Positions 9,236 through 19,440 of a stretch of 64,000 bases of DNA are shown piece after piece (the stretch's first letter is position 1; the number at the start of each line of letters is the position of its first letter). The stretch covers positions 90,406 to 154,405 of the forward strand of contig CAJTTO010000003.1 in the NCBI GenBank assembly GCA_910579275.1, given 5' to 3'. The position numbers were made by a program, and so were the translations under genes. Below the pieces are notes generated by a model. It was given only the letters and a program-made list of their open reading frames with translations, was not told the origin of the DNA and did not search any database. Source of the stretch: an uncultured Lachnospiraceae bacterium. Its GTDB lineage: Bacteria; Bacillota; Clostridia; Lachnospirales; Lachnospiraceae.

Positions 9236-10174
9236 TTAACGTTTTCTCCTCTGCCCCATCTGTGCCTGCAAGGGCGTGTTGAGCATATCTTCATCTATAA
9301 AATTTATCTCATCCTTCAGGTAGACCTGATAGTTATCCCACGCATGCTCAAGGGATTCCAGACTCTTTTTTACATCCTCCGGTCTTTTCAGGCATAGCGC
9401 CACCACCAGCGCGTTGATAAGGCTAAGCGGCGCAACAAGCGAATCCACTATAGAAACCATGTCGCTTCTTGCGAGAAGGTTGCAGGACGAATAGAGACAC
9501 ATTGGCGAATGTATGGTATCCGTAACTGTAATCACCTTCGCATTTCTGTCATTTGCCATCTCCATCGCCTTTAATGTGCGCATGGAGTAGCGCGGAAAGC
9601 TGATGCCTATTACAACATCCTTCTCGTTAATTCTGAGCATCTGTTCAAATGTTTCCGAAGTACTTGTAGAATCCAGCAGATAGACGTCTCCCCGAATCAT
9701 GTTAAGATAAAAATGCAGAAACTCCGCAAGCGGCTTGCAGCTTCTAAGTCCGATAATATAAATGTGCTTTGCCCCTAATATAATGTCAACAGCCGCCTCA
9801 AACGCCTGCAAATCCACATGTTCCAAAGTGTCTTCTATCTTTTCGATATCTGATTGCAGTACGGAGGTCAATATTTCCGACTGTGAGCTTTTGCCATACT
9901 TGGCGCCAATATTCTGTACGGAATTCAATTTCGTCTTGACCCACTCGGCCAACGCCTCCTGAAATTCAGGATAACCTTCATAATCAAGTGCATATGCAAA
10001 GCGCACAACTGTCGCCTCGCTAATCCCCACTGCTTTCCCCAGCTTCGCCGCAGTCATAAAAGCCGCCTGTTCATAGTGATCTATGACAAAGGTTGCCAGC
10101 TTCTTATGGCTCTTACTCATTTTGTGAAATCTCTCATTTATCCTTGATATGGTATCATACCTTACATTATCCAT
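9236..10174 (-). CDS. MurR/RpiR family transcriptional regulator (HTH + SIS)
   Basis: ISEATVVRFAYALDYEGYPEFQ HTH; ISFPRYS SIS motif. Confidence 0.9.
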   Translation of the reverse strand: MDNVRYDTISRINERFHKMSKSHKKLATFVIDHYEQAAFMTAAKLGKAVGISEATVVRFAYALDYEGYPEFQEALAEWVKTKLNSVQNIGAKYGKSSQSEILTSVLQSDIEKIEDTLEHVDLQAFEAAVDIILGAKHIYIIGLRSCKPLAEFLHFYLNMIRGDVYLLDSTSTSETFEQMLRINEKDVVIGISFPRYSMRTLKAMEMANDRNAKVITVTDTIHSPMCLYSSCNLLARSDMVSIVDSLVAPLSLINALVVALCLKRPEDVKKSLESLEHAWDNYQVYLKDEINFIDEDMLNTPLQAQMGQRRKR

Positions 10175-10194
10175 CACAAACCCCAACCCATCAC

Positions 10195-10740
10195 TTACGA
10201 ACAGCTTCTAAAAATATCTTTGAGCAAATCTATTGTTTCCTCTTCTGTGAGGTCATAATCACCTGTGAGAACCATGCAGGCACATCCATGTATAAAAATC
10301 CACATCTTCATAAACAGGCCGCTTGGATTCTGACACCCCGCCGCAGCTGCCTTGTTGATTTCCCTGCTGACTGCCCCGGATTTTCCATTGAGCAGTTCAA
10401 AAAGCCCTCTCTCTCCCCTGTATTCAGACTGAAAAAGAAGCTGAAACAACTTTCTCTCCTCTTTTGCGTAATTTATATATGCAAGTCCAAGATGCACAAA
10501 CGGTGTATCCACATCCGACCTGTAATTTTCGTAATAACTTCCAAAAGCTTCTATTGCCTTCTGGTATATTTCTGTGTAGAGCTCACTCATGTTTGCGTAA
10601 ACCCTGAATATTGGCTGTGTCGAACACCCAATCTGTGCTGCCAGCTTTCTCGCTGTAACATTTTCTATCCCCTCCGCCTTTGCCAAAATAAAGGCGGTTT
10701 CCAATATGATATCCTTTGTAATCAATTCTTTTCTTGCCAT
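10195..10740 (-). CDS. TetR/AcrR family regulator
   Basis: N-terminal HTH GIENVTARKLAAQIGCSTQPIF; WHG-like C-terminal WIFIHG. Confidence 0.88.
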   Translation of the reverse strand: MARKELITKDIILETAFILAKAEGIENVTARKLAAQIGCSTQPIFRVYANMSELYTEIYQKAIEAFGSYYENYRSDVDTPFVHLGLAYINYAKEERKLFQLLFQSEYRGERGLFELLNGKSGAVSREINKAAAAGCQNPSGLFMKMWIFIHGCACMVLTGDYDLTEEETIDLLKDIFRSCS

Positions 10741-10864
10741 TTTACCATCCGTGCCTTTCTCGCAGCTGTAGTTCACACTCCGGCAATACTACTGTAACAT
10801 TCCGATCCCCTCACAATTTGAGCTTTATAAGGAACGATTACGCGCTTTTCTTAATATGATGCAA

Positions 10865-10897
10865 CAGTATCGGGTTAAACATATTAACCCGATACTG
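10865..10897 (-). terminator. Hairpin ending the decarboxylase operon
   Basis: CAGTATCGGGTTAA/TTAACCCGATACTG, a 14-bp stem. Confidence 0.65.
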
Positions 10898-10912
10898 ACA
10901 TACAACCATAAA

Positions 10913-12349
10913 CTATACAGGGTATGCACCATTCTTTGTATCAGCCTGTGCCATATCCACTTTTTCCTGCTGAGCCTGACGATACTTAAAGAAGTCCGTA
11001 GCAACCTGTGGGAACAGGGCATATGACAATACGTCCTCATCCTGCTGCTTCCATTCTTTCATCTCTTCCTCAATCTTCTTTAACTCGTTCGGAAGTTTGT
11101 CAGCCGGACGGCATGTGATAATTGTAGCCTTCTCCTCTGCTGAAAGAACCTTATCCTGTACTTCTTTGTTAAATGGCTTAACCGTCTGACCATATTCGCC
11201 ATGAAGAACAGCCTTTGTCTCCTTGGTAGCCATCTTATAACGCTCACCCATAAGTACATTGAACACTGCCTGCGTACCTACAATCTGTGATGAAGGAGTT
11301 ACAAGAGGCGGTTCTCCCAAGTCCTTACGAACCCTTGGAATTTCCTGAAGCACATCATAGTATTTATCTTCTGCATTCTGTTCCTTCAACTGGCTAACCA
11401 TGTTGGATAACATGCCGCCCGGAACCTGATACATAAGCGTCTTAATATCAACACCGAGAACCTTCGGATTCAGGAGTCCGCTCTTTAAGCATTCCTCTCT
11501 GTACGGTCTGAAATGATCTGCAATCTTTGCAAGAAGATTCTGATCAAATCCCGTATCATACGGAGTTCCTTTGAATGTCTCTACCATAACTTCCGTAGCA
11601 GGCTGTGATGTACCAAGTGCAAAAGGAGAAATTGCACAGTCAATGACATCCACGCCAGCCTCAACGGATTTTAAGTAAGTCATGGAAGCCACACCTGATG
11701 TATAGTGTGTATGAAGCTGAATCGGAAGCCTTGTAGCGGACTTCATCGCCTTGATCAGCTCCTCAGCCTTATATGGCACCAAAAGTCCTGCCATATCTTT
11801 GATACAGATAGAATCCGCACCCATCTCCTCGATGTCCTTAGCCATCTTCATCCAGTATTCCAGTGTATAGGCGTCACCCAGTGTATAAGAAAGTGCGATC
11901 TGTGCCTCGCCGCGTCCTTCCCGTTTCTTTACTGTGTTTGCCGCATTCACCGCACACTGAAGGTTTCTAAGATCATTAAAGCAGTCAAAAATACGTATGA
12001 TATCAATACCGTTTGCAATGGATTTCTCAACAAACTCAGTCACAACGTCATCTGCATAGTGACGATAACCCAGAATATTCTGACCCCTGAAAAGCATTTG
12101 GAGTTTTGTATTCTTAACTTTGTCCCTGATCTTCCGAAGTCTTGACCATGGGTCTTCCTTCAGGAAACGAAGGGATGCGTCGAACGTAGCGCCGCCCCAG
12201 CACTCTAAGGAATGATAGCCAACCTGATCCATCGTCTCAAGAATGGGAAGCATCAGTTCCGTCGGCATTCTTGTCGCTATTAAAGACTGATGAGAGTCAC
12301 GGAGAACTGTCTCTGTAATCTTAATAGGCTTTTTTACTGTTTCTGACAT
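10913..12349 (-). CDS. oadA: Oxaloacetate decarboxylase alpha / pyruvate carboxyltransferase (transcarboxylase 5S-like), without a biotinyl domain
   Basis: LRDSHQSL, ECWGGATFD, CIKDMAG, HTHYT and PPLVTPSSQIVG motifs. Confidence 0.9.
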   Translation of the reverse strand: MSETVKKPIKITETVLRDSHQSLIATRMPTELMLPILETMDQVGYHSLECWGGATFDASLRFLKEDPWSRLRKIRDKVKNTKLQMLFRGQNILGYRHYADDVVTEFVEKSIANGIDIIRIFDCFNDLRNLQCAVNAANTVKKREGRGEAQIALSYTLGDAYTLEYWMKMAKDIEEMGADSICIKDMAGLLVPYKAEELIKAMKSATRLPIQLHTHYTSGVASMTYLKSVEAGVDVIDCAISPFALGTSQPATEVMVETFKGTPYDTGFDQNLLAKIADHFRPYREECLKSGLLNPKVLGVDIKTLMYQVPGGMLSNMVSQLKEQNAEDKYYDVLQEIPRVRKDLGEPPLVTPSSQIVGTQAVFNVLMGERYKMATKETKAVLHGEYGQTVKPFNKEVQDKVLSAEEKATIITCRPADKLPNELKKIEEEMKEWKQQDEDVLSYALFPQVATDFFKYRQAQQEKVDMAQADTKNGAYPV

Positions 12350-12384
12350 TTTTATTCCTCCTAATATATTTTTATGAATTCCAT

Positions 12385-13533
12385 TTAAAATACACCAAAG
12401 ATTGCCATGAAGGTTCCTGCCGCAACAGCAGTACCGATAACACCTGCAACGTTAGGACCCATGGCATGCATCAGCAGGAAGTTTGTAGGATCCGCCTCCG
12501 CACCGACCTTCTGTGAAACACGCGCCGCCATCGGAACTGCGGAAACACCTGCCGAACCAATCAATGGGTTGACTTTGCCCTTTGTAAGTACACACATCAG
12601 CTTGCCAAAAAGAACACCGGCTGCCGTACCGAACATAAACGCTATCAGACCTAATACAACAATCTTAATTGTATCCCAGTTCAGGAATGCCTCTGCACTT
12701 GTCGTAGCGCCTACAGAAGTTCCAAGCAGAATAACAACGATGTACATCAAAGCATTGGATGCCGTTTCCTGAAGCTGTCTTACGACACCGGACTCTCTGA
12801 ACAGGTTTCCTAACATCAGCATGCCGACAAGCGGAGCTGTTGTGGGAAGAATCAGACATACCACAATCGTAACTACGATTGGGAAGAGAATCTTCTCCAG
12901 CTTTGATACCGGACGAAGCTGTGCCATTTTAATCTTTCTCTCTTTTTCCGTAGTGAGAAGCTTCATGATAGGCGGCTGGATAATTGGTACCAGTGACATG
13001 TAGGAATATGCTGCCACTGCGATTGGACCAAGCAAACCAGTCTGCCCAAGCTTACCCGCAAGGAATATGGAAGTAGGACCGTCGGCACCACCGATAATAG
13101 AGACTGCCGCCGCTGCCTTGTCGTTAAATCCAAGCGCTATCGCACCAAAATATGCCGCAAAAATACCAAACTGTGCCGCCGCACCGAGCAGAAAGCTCTT
13201 CGGGTTTGCAATCAGCGGTCCAAAGTCTGTCATGGCTCCTACCCCAAGGAATATCAGTGACGGCAGGATTGCCCATTCATCAAGTAAATAGAAATAATAC
13301 AGTAAGCCGCCAGGTGTGCCATCTGCACCAATCGGTGCAATAATGTCGGGATAAATATTAACCAGCAGCATACCAAACGCTATCGGAGTTAACAGAAGTG
13401 GTTCATACTGTTTCGCGATAGCAAGATAAAGAAATATACAAGCAACAACAATCATAATGACATTTCCGCCGGAGAGATTAAAAAATGCGGTCTGATGTAT
13501 CAGATTGTTCAATGTATCTGCTATATATGACAT
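12385..13533 (-). CDS. oadB: Na+-translocating decarboxylase beta subunit
   Basis: [30 protein letters not shown] and [10 protein letters not shown] motifs. Confidence 0.95.
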   Translation of the reverse strand: MSYIADTLNNLIHQTAFFNLSGGNVIMIVVACIFLYLAIAKQYEPLLLTPIAFGMLLVNIYPDIIAPIGADGTPGGLLYYFYLLDEWAILPSLIFLGVGAMTDFGPLIANPKSFLLGAAAQFGIFAAYFGAIALGFNDKAAAAVSIIGGADGPTSIFLAGKLGQTGLLGPIAVAAYSYMSLVPIIQPPIMKLLTTEKERKIKMAQLRPVSKLEKILFPIVVTIVVCLILPTTAPLVGMLMLGNLFRESGVVRQLQETASNALMYIVVILLGTSVGATTSAEAFLNWDTIKIVVLGLIAFMFGTAAGVLFGKLMCVLTKGKVNPLIGSAGVSAVPMAARVSQKVGAEADPTNFLLMHAMGPNVAGVIGTAVAAGTFMAIFGVF

Positions 13534-13609
13534 TTTGTTGACCTCCTATTGTATTTTTTATCAGGAAATATGCAAATCCTGATTACACCAATACATAAAA
13601 TATCGGTGA

Positions 13610-13981
13610 TTAGTTCAAAGTTGCAAGTAAAGCACCTGCCTCTATAGAATCGCCAACTGCTACATCTACGCTTGCCACTGTGCCATCCTGAGGAGCCACA
13701 ACCGGAATCTCCATCTTCATAGCCTCGATGATAACAACTGCATCACCTTTCTTTACAGCCTGTCCTACATTCGCTTCAATCTTGAATACTTTTCCTGCCG
13801 CACCAGCCTCAACTCTGATGCTGCCTGCACCTGCACTTGCCGCTTTCGGGGCTGCCGCTTTGGGCGCTGCCTTCGGAGCTGCTTTGGGTGCTGCAGCAAC
13901 AGGAGCCGCACCAGAACCTGCGCCTTCTTCTACTACGACATCATATACGCTGCCGTTAACGGTGATTGTATAATTTTTCAT
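13610..13981 (-). CDS. Biotin carboxyl carrier subunit
   Basis: EAMKM biotinylation motif; Ala/Pro/Lys linker. Confidence 0.95.
   Translation of the reverse strand: MKNYTITVNGSVYDVVVEEGAGSGAAPVAAAPKAAPKAAPKAAAPKAASAGAGSIRVEAGAAGKVFKIEANVGQAVKKGDAVVIIEAMKMEIPVVAPQDGTVASVDVAVGDSIEAGALLATLN
13838..13896 (-). repeat. Coding tandem repeat (AAPK)n in the flexible linker
   Basis: Protein reads AAAPKAAPKAAPKAAAPKAA, with synonymous variation in the DNA. Confidence 0.8.
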
Positions 13982-14009
13982 TTCAAATTCCTCCTAAATC
14001 TTTAAATCA

Positions 14010-14828
14010 TTAACTTTTTTTCCATTTATTTGTGTTTGCCCGCTTAATGCTTCTTACCTGGAATCCTTCCACGCTTGTTCCCTCGTAAGCAGCAATCGCC
14101 GCCGCAATTACGGCTACAAGCTCCATGTCGTCTGAAAGCTCTTCTTCCTCGACAACAGCAGGCGTCGGCGCCGGTGCTGCCGGTACTGGTACCGTCTCAT
14201 TTTTCTTCGGCGCAAGCGAAGCCTGAAGTTTCGGAATCAGTCCGAACGCCGAAATGATAAGACTGATAAGGATCAGCACAACAAACACTGTACCCATGCC
14301 AAGAAGCGTATTGAGCGCTGCCTTTGTCATCAGCTGCCCTTTTGTCTCGTCCATGTTGAGTGTACATGATGTCATCTTGAGGTAAATATCATTTGTAAAT
14401 ATTAATTCTACTGAACCACTTGCATTTCCGCCCTTAACAGGAACCGTGACAATAATTGTGTCATCATCAACAACAGAAACAGGTGCACCCGGCTCAATGG
14501 TTCCCATTGTTTCCAGTCCTGACTCAAATGACGTAAGCGCACCATTAACTGCTTTTCCCTCACATGCAAAAGAATAATCACTAAAATACTGACTATACGT
14601 CGACGCAAACATATCACCAAGCTCAACATTGCTGTATTCTGTAAGCAGGTCATCCACATCACCTGTGGATACCATCAGACTCGTAAGCTCGACAACCTTT
14701 TGCGCCCTATTTTGTGCTTCCTCAACCTTGGTCTTCTGGTGGGCGCTCATTGTCCCTTCCGATGACCCGCATGCCGACAGAACGAAAACGCAGGTAAGCA
14801 TTAATAATGTTTTTATAATTTTTTTCAT
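14010..14828 (-). CDS. OadG/delta-type decarboxylase subunit with an N-terminal lipoprotein domain
   Basis: Lipobox LSAC; NTLLGMGTVFVVLILI TM helix; ELVAVIAAAIAAYE and FQVRSIKR OadG-type C-terminus. Confidence 0.8.
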   Translation of the reverse strand: MKKIIKTLLMLTCVFVLSACGSSEGTMSAHQKTKVEEAQNRAQKVVELTSLMVSTGDVDDLLTEYSNVELGDMFASTYSQYFSDYSFACEGKAVNGALTSFESGLETMGTIEPGAPVSVVDDDTIIVTVPVKGGNASGSVELIFTNDIYLKMTSCTLNMDETKGQLMTKAALNTLLGMGTVFVVLILISLIISAFGLIPKLQASLAPKKNETVPVPAAPAPTPAVVEEEELSDDMELVAVIAAAIAAYEGTSVEGFQVRSIKRANTNKWKKS

Positions 14829-14846
14829 ATTAACGTTCACCCTTTC

Positions 14847-16280
14847 CTAGACCGTTCCATGCTTCTTTGACGGACGATCCTCTCTCTTTGTAAACAACAT
14901 CTCAAAAGCGCCAATCACATATTTTCTTGTGTCAGCCGCCTCGATAATCTGATCTACATATCCTCTCTTTGCCGCACCGGCCGCGCTTGTCTGAAGCGCC
15001 GCATACTCTGCTGCCTTTTCTTTTATGACATCCGCGCCTTGTCCCTCATACATAATCTTGGCTGCAAGGTTTGCATCCATGGAACCGATTTCCGCATCAG
15101 GCCATGCAATTGTGATGTCTGCGCCAAGTGCCTTGGAATTCATTGCAACATATGCGCTTCCAAGTGCTTTTCCAACCACGACATTCACCTTTGGTACCGT
15201 GGCGTTTGCAAAAGCATATGTAAGCTTTGCAACTGCCTTTGCAATACACTTCTCGCTTGCCATTGTCGACTCGTAGCCTTTGACGTTTGTGAGAGACAAT
15301 ACAGGAATATCAAACGCATCGCAGAAACGGATAAAGTCCGCTGCCTTTTCGCAGCCCTTTGCTGACAGCACTGCGTCAAATTTGTCTGTGACTTCACCGG
15401 ATGCGCTGTAAACCTCTGTGCGGTTTGCAACACAGCCGACTGTCATGCCGTTTAACTTGATAAATCCGGTAACCATATCCTTTGCGTAGTTTTCCTTTAC
15501 CTCGAAAAAGATATTGTTATCCGCAATTGTCGTAAGTGCAATGGAAGTATCTCCCACACAGTTTGCAAGATCTGCACACACCCTGTTGAGGTCGTCAGTG
15601 CACTCCTCATAAGAAGCATCATCTTCATTGTTTCCCGGGAGCATGGACACAAGCTGTCTGATTTTCGCAAATATCTCTGCTTCATCTGCGGCAACATCCA
15701 CAATGCCGCTCTCGCTGCTCTGGAAATCGGCGGATGAAGAATCGCACTTGGAAATATTGTTGCCGTCAAGCGCATTTGGCGAATTCACAAAAAGCTTAGC
15801 TTTTGTCTTCTCCATAAATGTAAAGTCCGTCAGTGTCGGTATCAGTGCAAGACCGCCGCCGCAGTTTCCAAAAACTGCTGTAATCTGGGGAATTACCCCT
15901 GATGCAAGTGTCTGCTTGAGGTAAATCTCTCCAAACGCATTTAACGCGTCTGTCGCCTCCTGAAGCCTGAGCCCTGCCGAGTCGATAAGACCGATGACAG
16001 GCGCACCCGTCTTCATGGCAAGGTCGTAAAGGCGCGTAATCTTTTTCGCATGCATCTCACCAACAGAACCGTTCAACACGGATGCATCCTGGCTATACAC
16101 ATACACAAGATTGCCGTCGATTACTCCGTAGCCGGTAACAACACCGTCCGAGGGAGTCTCATTCTGTTTCAGGTTAAAATCTGTCGCCCTTGCCGTAACA
16201 AGCGCACCAATTTCAACGAAACTGCTTTCATCAAGTAAAGATTCAATTCTTTTACTTGCCAAACTTGAAGTAGTACTCAT
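14847..16280 (-). CDS. Acyl-CoA carboxyltransferase (MmdA/PccB-like)
   Basis: DGVVTGYGVIDG, GSVGEMHAKKI and FIRFCDAFDIP motifs; C-terminal KKHG. Confidence 0.88.
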   Translation of the reverse strand: MSTTSSLASKRIESLLDESSFVEIGALVTARATDFNLKQNETPSDGVVTGYGVIDGNLVYVYSQDASVLNGSVGEMHAKKITRLYDLAMKTGAPVIGLIDSAGLRLQEATDALNAFGEIYLKQTLASGVIPQITAVFGNCGGGLALIPTLTDFTFMEKTKAKLFVNSPNALDGNNISKCDSSSADFQSSESGIVDVAADEAEIFAKIRQLVSMLPGNNEDDASYEECTDDLNRVCADLANCVGDTSIALTTIADNNIFFEVKENYAKDMVTGFIKLNGMTVGCVANRTEVYSASGEVTDKFDAVLSAKGCEKAADFIRFCDAFDIPVLSLTNVKGYESTMASEKCIAKAVAKLTYAFANATVPKVNVVVGKALGSAYVAMNSKALGADITIAWPDAEIGSMDANLAAKIMYEGQGADVIKEKAAEYAALQTSAAGAAKRGYVDQIIEAADTRKYVIGAFEMLFTKREDRPSKKHGTV

Positions 16281-16469
16281 TTTATGACCTCCATTTTTAT
16301 ATTTTTTAATTACTTTTAAATAAATAAAATAACAATTTTGCGCAACTTTTATATATTGTATCTATTATATGAAAATTACGTCTATTTTAGTATAACATAT
16401 ATTATTCTATACGCCTAGTAAATTTTTTGTTTTTTCATTCACTTTTTGGAACGGTTCGCTTTCTGCTTC

Positions 16470-17783
16470 CTATTTTGATATCGTTCGGGATGAACCGCTC
16501 CCACTTTTCCCTATAACAGCGTCTTTATCCGCGCCACTTCCGAAAAGCCACTTTTGCACCACCTGCTGAAAACACCATCCGAAATCAACCGCGTCGATAT
16601 CTTCCGTCGCCACGAGACAGACACGTTTCCATTCCTGATTGCCGACCATGTAGCTTAAATATCCGATTTCCTGCCCTTTCCGCACGGGTGCTGTAAGAGC
16701 TTTCACCTTCTGAAGCGCAATGGTCACTTTCTCATCCTCACGCATTAAGAGTCCTTCACTTACAGTTTCCGCACCGGTCTTATCCGCCGCTATCTTTACA
16801 GGCATATTTATTTTTTCACCGATTTTTTGCGTCTGTCCATTGCTTACAATGACATCCTCCATTGCTGCCGACGGAATCTCAACTTCGTCGAAGCTGCGAT
16901 AATTGTAGTTTGCCAGTCCGTATTCCATAAGCGCTCTGGTATCACTCCACTTATAAGTCTTGTGGTTCGGCCATCCACATGCCAGAAGCGCTACCACAAA
17001 CGTCTTCCCGTCCCGCCTGAGCGCACCGACATAACAGTATCCCGCCTTTGCCGTAAACCCTGTCTTTCCAGACAGCGCCCCTGTCATCATGTTCAGGAAT
17101 GCATTGTGGTTTACGCAGGAAAAACTTTTTCTGCCCGAAAGGTCTGTAAAAGAGTGGTTCGGTGTCCTTGTAATTTCCAAAAACATCTCTTTCTGCGGGG
17201 ATTTTGTCACGCAGTATGCCATAACAAGCGCCAAATCCCTCGCTGTCGTCGAATGAAATTTGTCATCTTTTGCCGCATCCAGCCCATTAGGGGTTATATA
17301 ATATGTATTTTCACAGCCTATCTCTGCGGCTTTGCGGTTCATGAGTCCCGCAAACCCTTCCACATCCCCGCCTACGTGCTCCGCAATCGCAACAGCCGAG
17401 TCATTGTGCGATTCCAGCATAAGGGACAGCAGCAAATCTTTCAGGCGGTACTGTTCCCCGCTGCGCATCCCCAGATGTACAGGCGGCATGGAAGCTGCAT
17501 AGGAGGACACGGACACGGTATCCTCCAGATTTGCATTTTCCAGCGTCACAATCAATGTCATAATCTTTGTAGTACTTGCCATCGCAAGCTGCTCGTCACC
17601 ACAACGGTCATACAGCACCCTGCCTGAGTCCGCATCCATGAGCACTGCAGCTTTCGCGTAAAGCCTGAGATTTGGCTCATCCGCCTGAACATTGAGCGGT
17701 GGCTGTGCAAACACAACGGCGATTATCATGATGACTGCCGTTACCTTCTTGACAAAATGCGGAATAACGATTCTATTTTCCAT
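16470..17783 (-). CDS. dacB: D-alanyl-D-alanine carboxypeptidase (S11), DacB-like
   Basis: MASTTKIMT (SxxK), SHN (SxN) and KTG motifs; signal peptide; sigma-E-like promoter. Confidence 0.8.
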   Translation of the reverse strand: MENRIVIPHFVKKVTAVIMIIAVVFAQPPLNVQADEPNLRLYAKAAVLMDADSGRVLYDRCGDEQLAMASTTKIMTLIVTLENANLEDTVSVSSYAASMPPVHLGMRSGEQYRLKDLLLSLMLESHNDSAVAIAEHVGGDVEGFAGLMNRKAAEIGCENTYYITPNGLDAAKDDKFHSTTARDLALVMAYCVTKSPQKEMFLEITRTPNHSFTDLSGRKSFSCVNHNAFLNMMTGALSGKTGFTAKAGYCYVGALRRDGKTFVVALLACGWPNHKTYKWSDTRALMEYGLANYNYRSFDEVEIPSAAMEDVIVSNGQTQKIGEKINMPVKIAADKTGAETVSEGLLMREDEKVTIALQKVKALTAPVRKGQEIGYLSYMVGNQEWKRVCLVATEDIDAVDFGWCFQQVVQKWLFGSGADKDAVIGKSGSGSSRTISK

Positions 17784-17819
17784 AAATTTTTATCTTCCTT
17801 ATATACAAGGCTCCATAAA

Positions 17820-17849
17820 AATATATGTTGCGGATTCTGTAAATTATCC
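17820..17849 (-). promoter_or_regulatory. Putative sigma-E (mother-cell) promoter
   Basis: ATA, 17 nt, CATATATT on the minus strand upstream of dacB. Confidence 0.5.
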
Positions 17850-17860
17850 CAATTCCCGCC

Positions 17861-19342
17861 TTACAGCTTCAATCTTTTTTCCAGTGCGTCCACTACTGTT
17901 TCAAGCACCTTAATGCGTGCATAATACTTGTCATTTCCCTCCACAATAATCCATGGGGCTTCCGATGTGGATGTCTTAATAATCATCTCATCGACAGCTT
18001 TCTCATACAAATCCCACTTTTCCCGATTTCTCCAGTCCTCATCTGTAATCTTCCAGCTCTTTTCGGGATTTTCCTGTCTGTCCTTAAAACGCTTTGCCTG
18101 TTCGTCTTTGTCAATATGGAGCCAGAATTTCAGCACGACTGCACCGTGATGAACCAGCTGGCTCTCCATCTGGTTCATTTCCCTGTATGCGCGCTGCCAG
18201 TCCTGCGTGCTGCAGAACCCTTCAATCCGTTCCACCATAACCCTGCCGTACCATGTCCGGTCAAAGATGGCTATATGCCCATCCTTAGGCATTTTTGTCC
18301 AGAAACGCCACAGATAATGATGCGCGCGCTCAATGTCATTTGGGGAGCTGGTAGGATTCACTGTGTATCCTCTCGGGTCAAGCGCCCTTGTGAGTCTTTT
18401 AATTGCCCCGCCTTTTCCGCCTGCGTCCCATCCTTCGAAAGCAAGCACCACCGGAATTCTTCTGGCATAGAGTTCTCCATGGAGAAGCCGGAGTTTTTTC
18501 TGTAGTTCGGACAGTCTCCTGTCATATTCCTTCCTGTCCAGCTTTTTCGAAAGGTCTGCTTTTTTGAGTACACTCTCATTCCAGTCTGCATTGTCAAATC
18601 TGCCGTCAATTTCCTTTTCCTTTGCCTGACATTCCTTTTGATAGCGTTCTTCCAAAACGTGCACTGTCTTTGAAAGAATCTTAACCGTGGCAAAGTTATC
18701 ATCCTCCGCCTCTATAATCGTCCAAGGTGCATACTCGCTGTCTGTCTTAATCAGCATTTCGTCCGCCAGCCTGAAATAATCGTCAAAATGTTTGTTCCTG
18801 TCCAAATCCTCCGCTGTCACTCTCCACTTAGTCGCCTTGTTCTCCAGCAGCTTTCTAAAGCGTTTTTTCTGCTCCCGCTTTGATATGTCAAGAAAAAATT
18901 TGATAATCAGTGTTCCCCCGTCCGTCAGCTGTTTCTCAAAAATGTTGATATCATCCAGTATTGTCGGAACTTCCTTTTTGGTAGTTTTTTTCTCAAACCG
19001 GTCTACCAGAAGCTTCCGGTACCAGCTCCTGTCAAACACGGCAATGCGCCCTTTCTCCGGCGTCTTTGTCCAAAACCGCCACAAAAACGGGTGAAGCCGT
19101 TCTTCCTTAGTCTCCGCATCCGTGGAATACACTGTAAATCCCCTTGGATCCAGCGTCTGAATCAGCCTGTTAATCTGCGTGCCTTTTCCTGCCGCGCCAA
19201 AGCCTTCAAACACAATGATCACCGGAACCCCCTTACTTTTCAATGCCCTCTGCAGCAGGGCGATTCGGGGTTCAAGTTCATCCATACGCTCCCTGTACGC
19301 CTTTTTATCCAGTTTTTTCGACAAATCAATTTTTTCCAACAT
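17861..19342 (-). CDS. pap: Polyphosphate:AMP phosphotransferase (two-domain PPK2)
   Basis: Two PPK2 domains: FEGFGAAGKG/FDRSWY and FEGWDAGGKGG/FDRTWYGRV. Confidence 0.92.
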   Translation of the reverse strand: MLEKIDLSKKLDKKAYRERMDELEPRIALLQRALKSKGVPVIIVFEGFGAAGKGTQINRLIQTLDPRGFTVYSTDAETKEERLHPFLWRFWTKTPEKGRIAVFDRSWYRKLLVDRFEKKTTKKEVPTILDDINIFEKQLTDGGTLIIKFFLDISKREQKKRFRKLLENKATKWRVTAEDLDRNKHFDDYFRLADEMLIKTDSEYAPWTIIEAEDDNFATVKILSKTVHVLEERYQKECQAKEKEIDGRFDNADWNESVLKKADLSKKLDRKEYDRRLSELQKKLRLLHGELYARRIPVVLAFEGWDAGGKGGAIKRLTRALDPRGYTVNPTSSPNDIERAHHYLWRFWTKMPKDGHIAIFDRTWYGRVMVERIEGFCSTQDWQRAYREMNQMESQLVHHGAVVLKFWLHIDKDEQAKRFKDRQENPEKSWKITDEDWRNREKWDLYEKAVDEMIIKTSTSEAPWIIVEGNDKYYARIKVLETVVDALEKRLKL

Positions 19343-19440
19343 ATCATCAGCCCCTTTCCCAGCCTTTATAACGCGCATTAAAATGTTTTCACATCTATTT
19401 TAACATAAATTCATGATTCCCAAAAGGACATTCGCGAAAA

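Noticed and set aside
16827..17627. 266-aa plus-strand ORF, and similar ones such as 10093-10797 and 32647-33414
   Set aside because: They lie opposite well-supported genes and show no recognisable domains.
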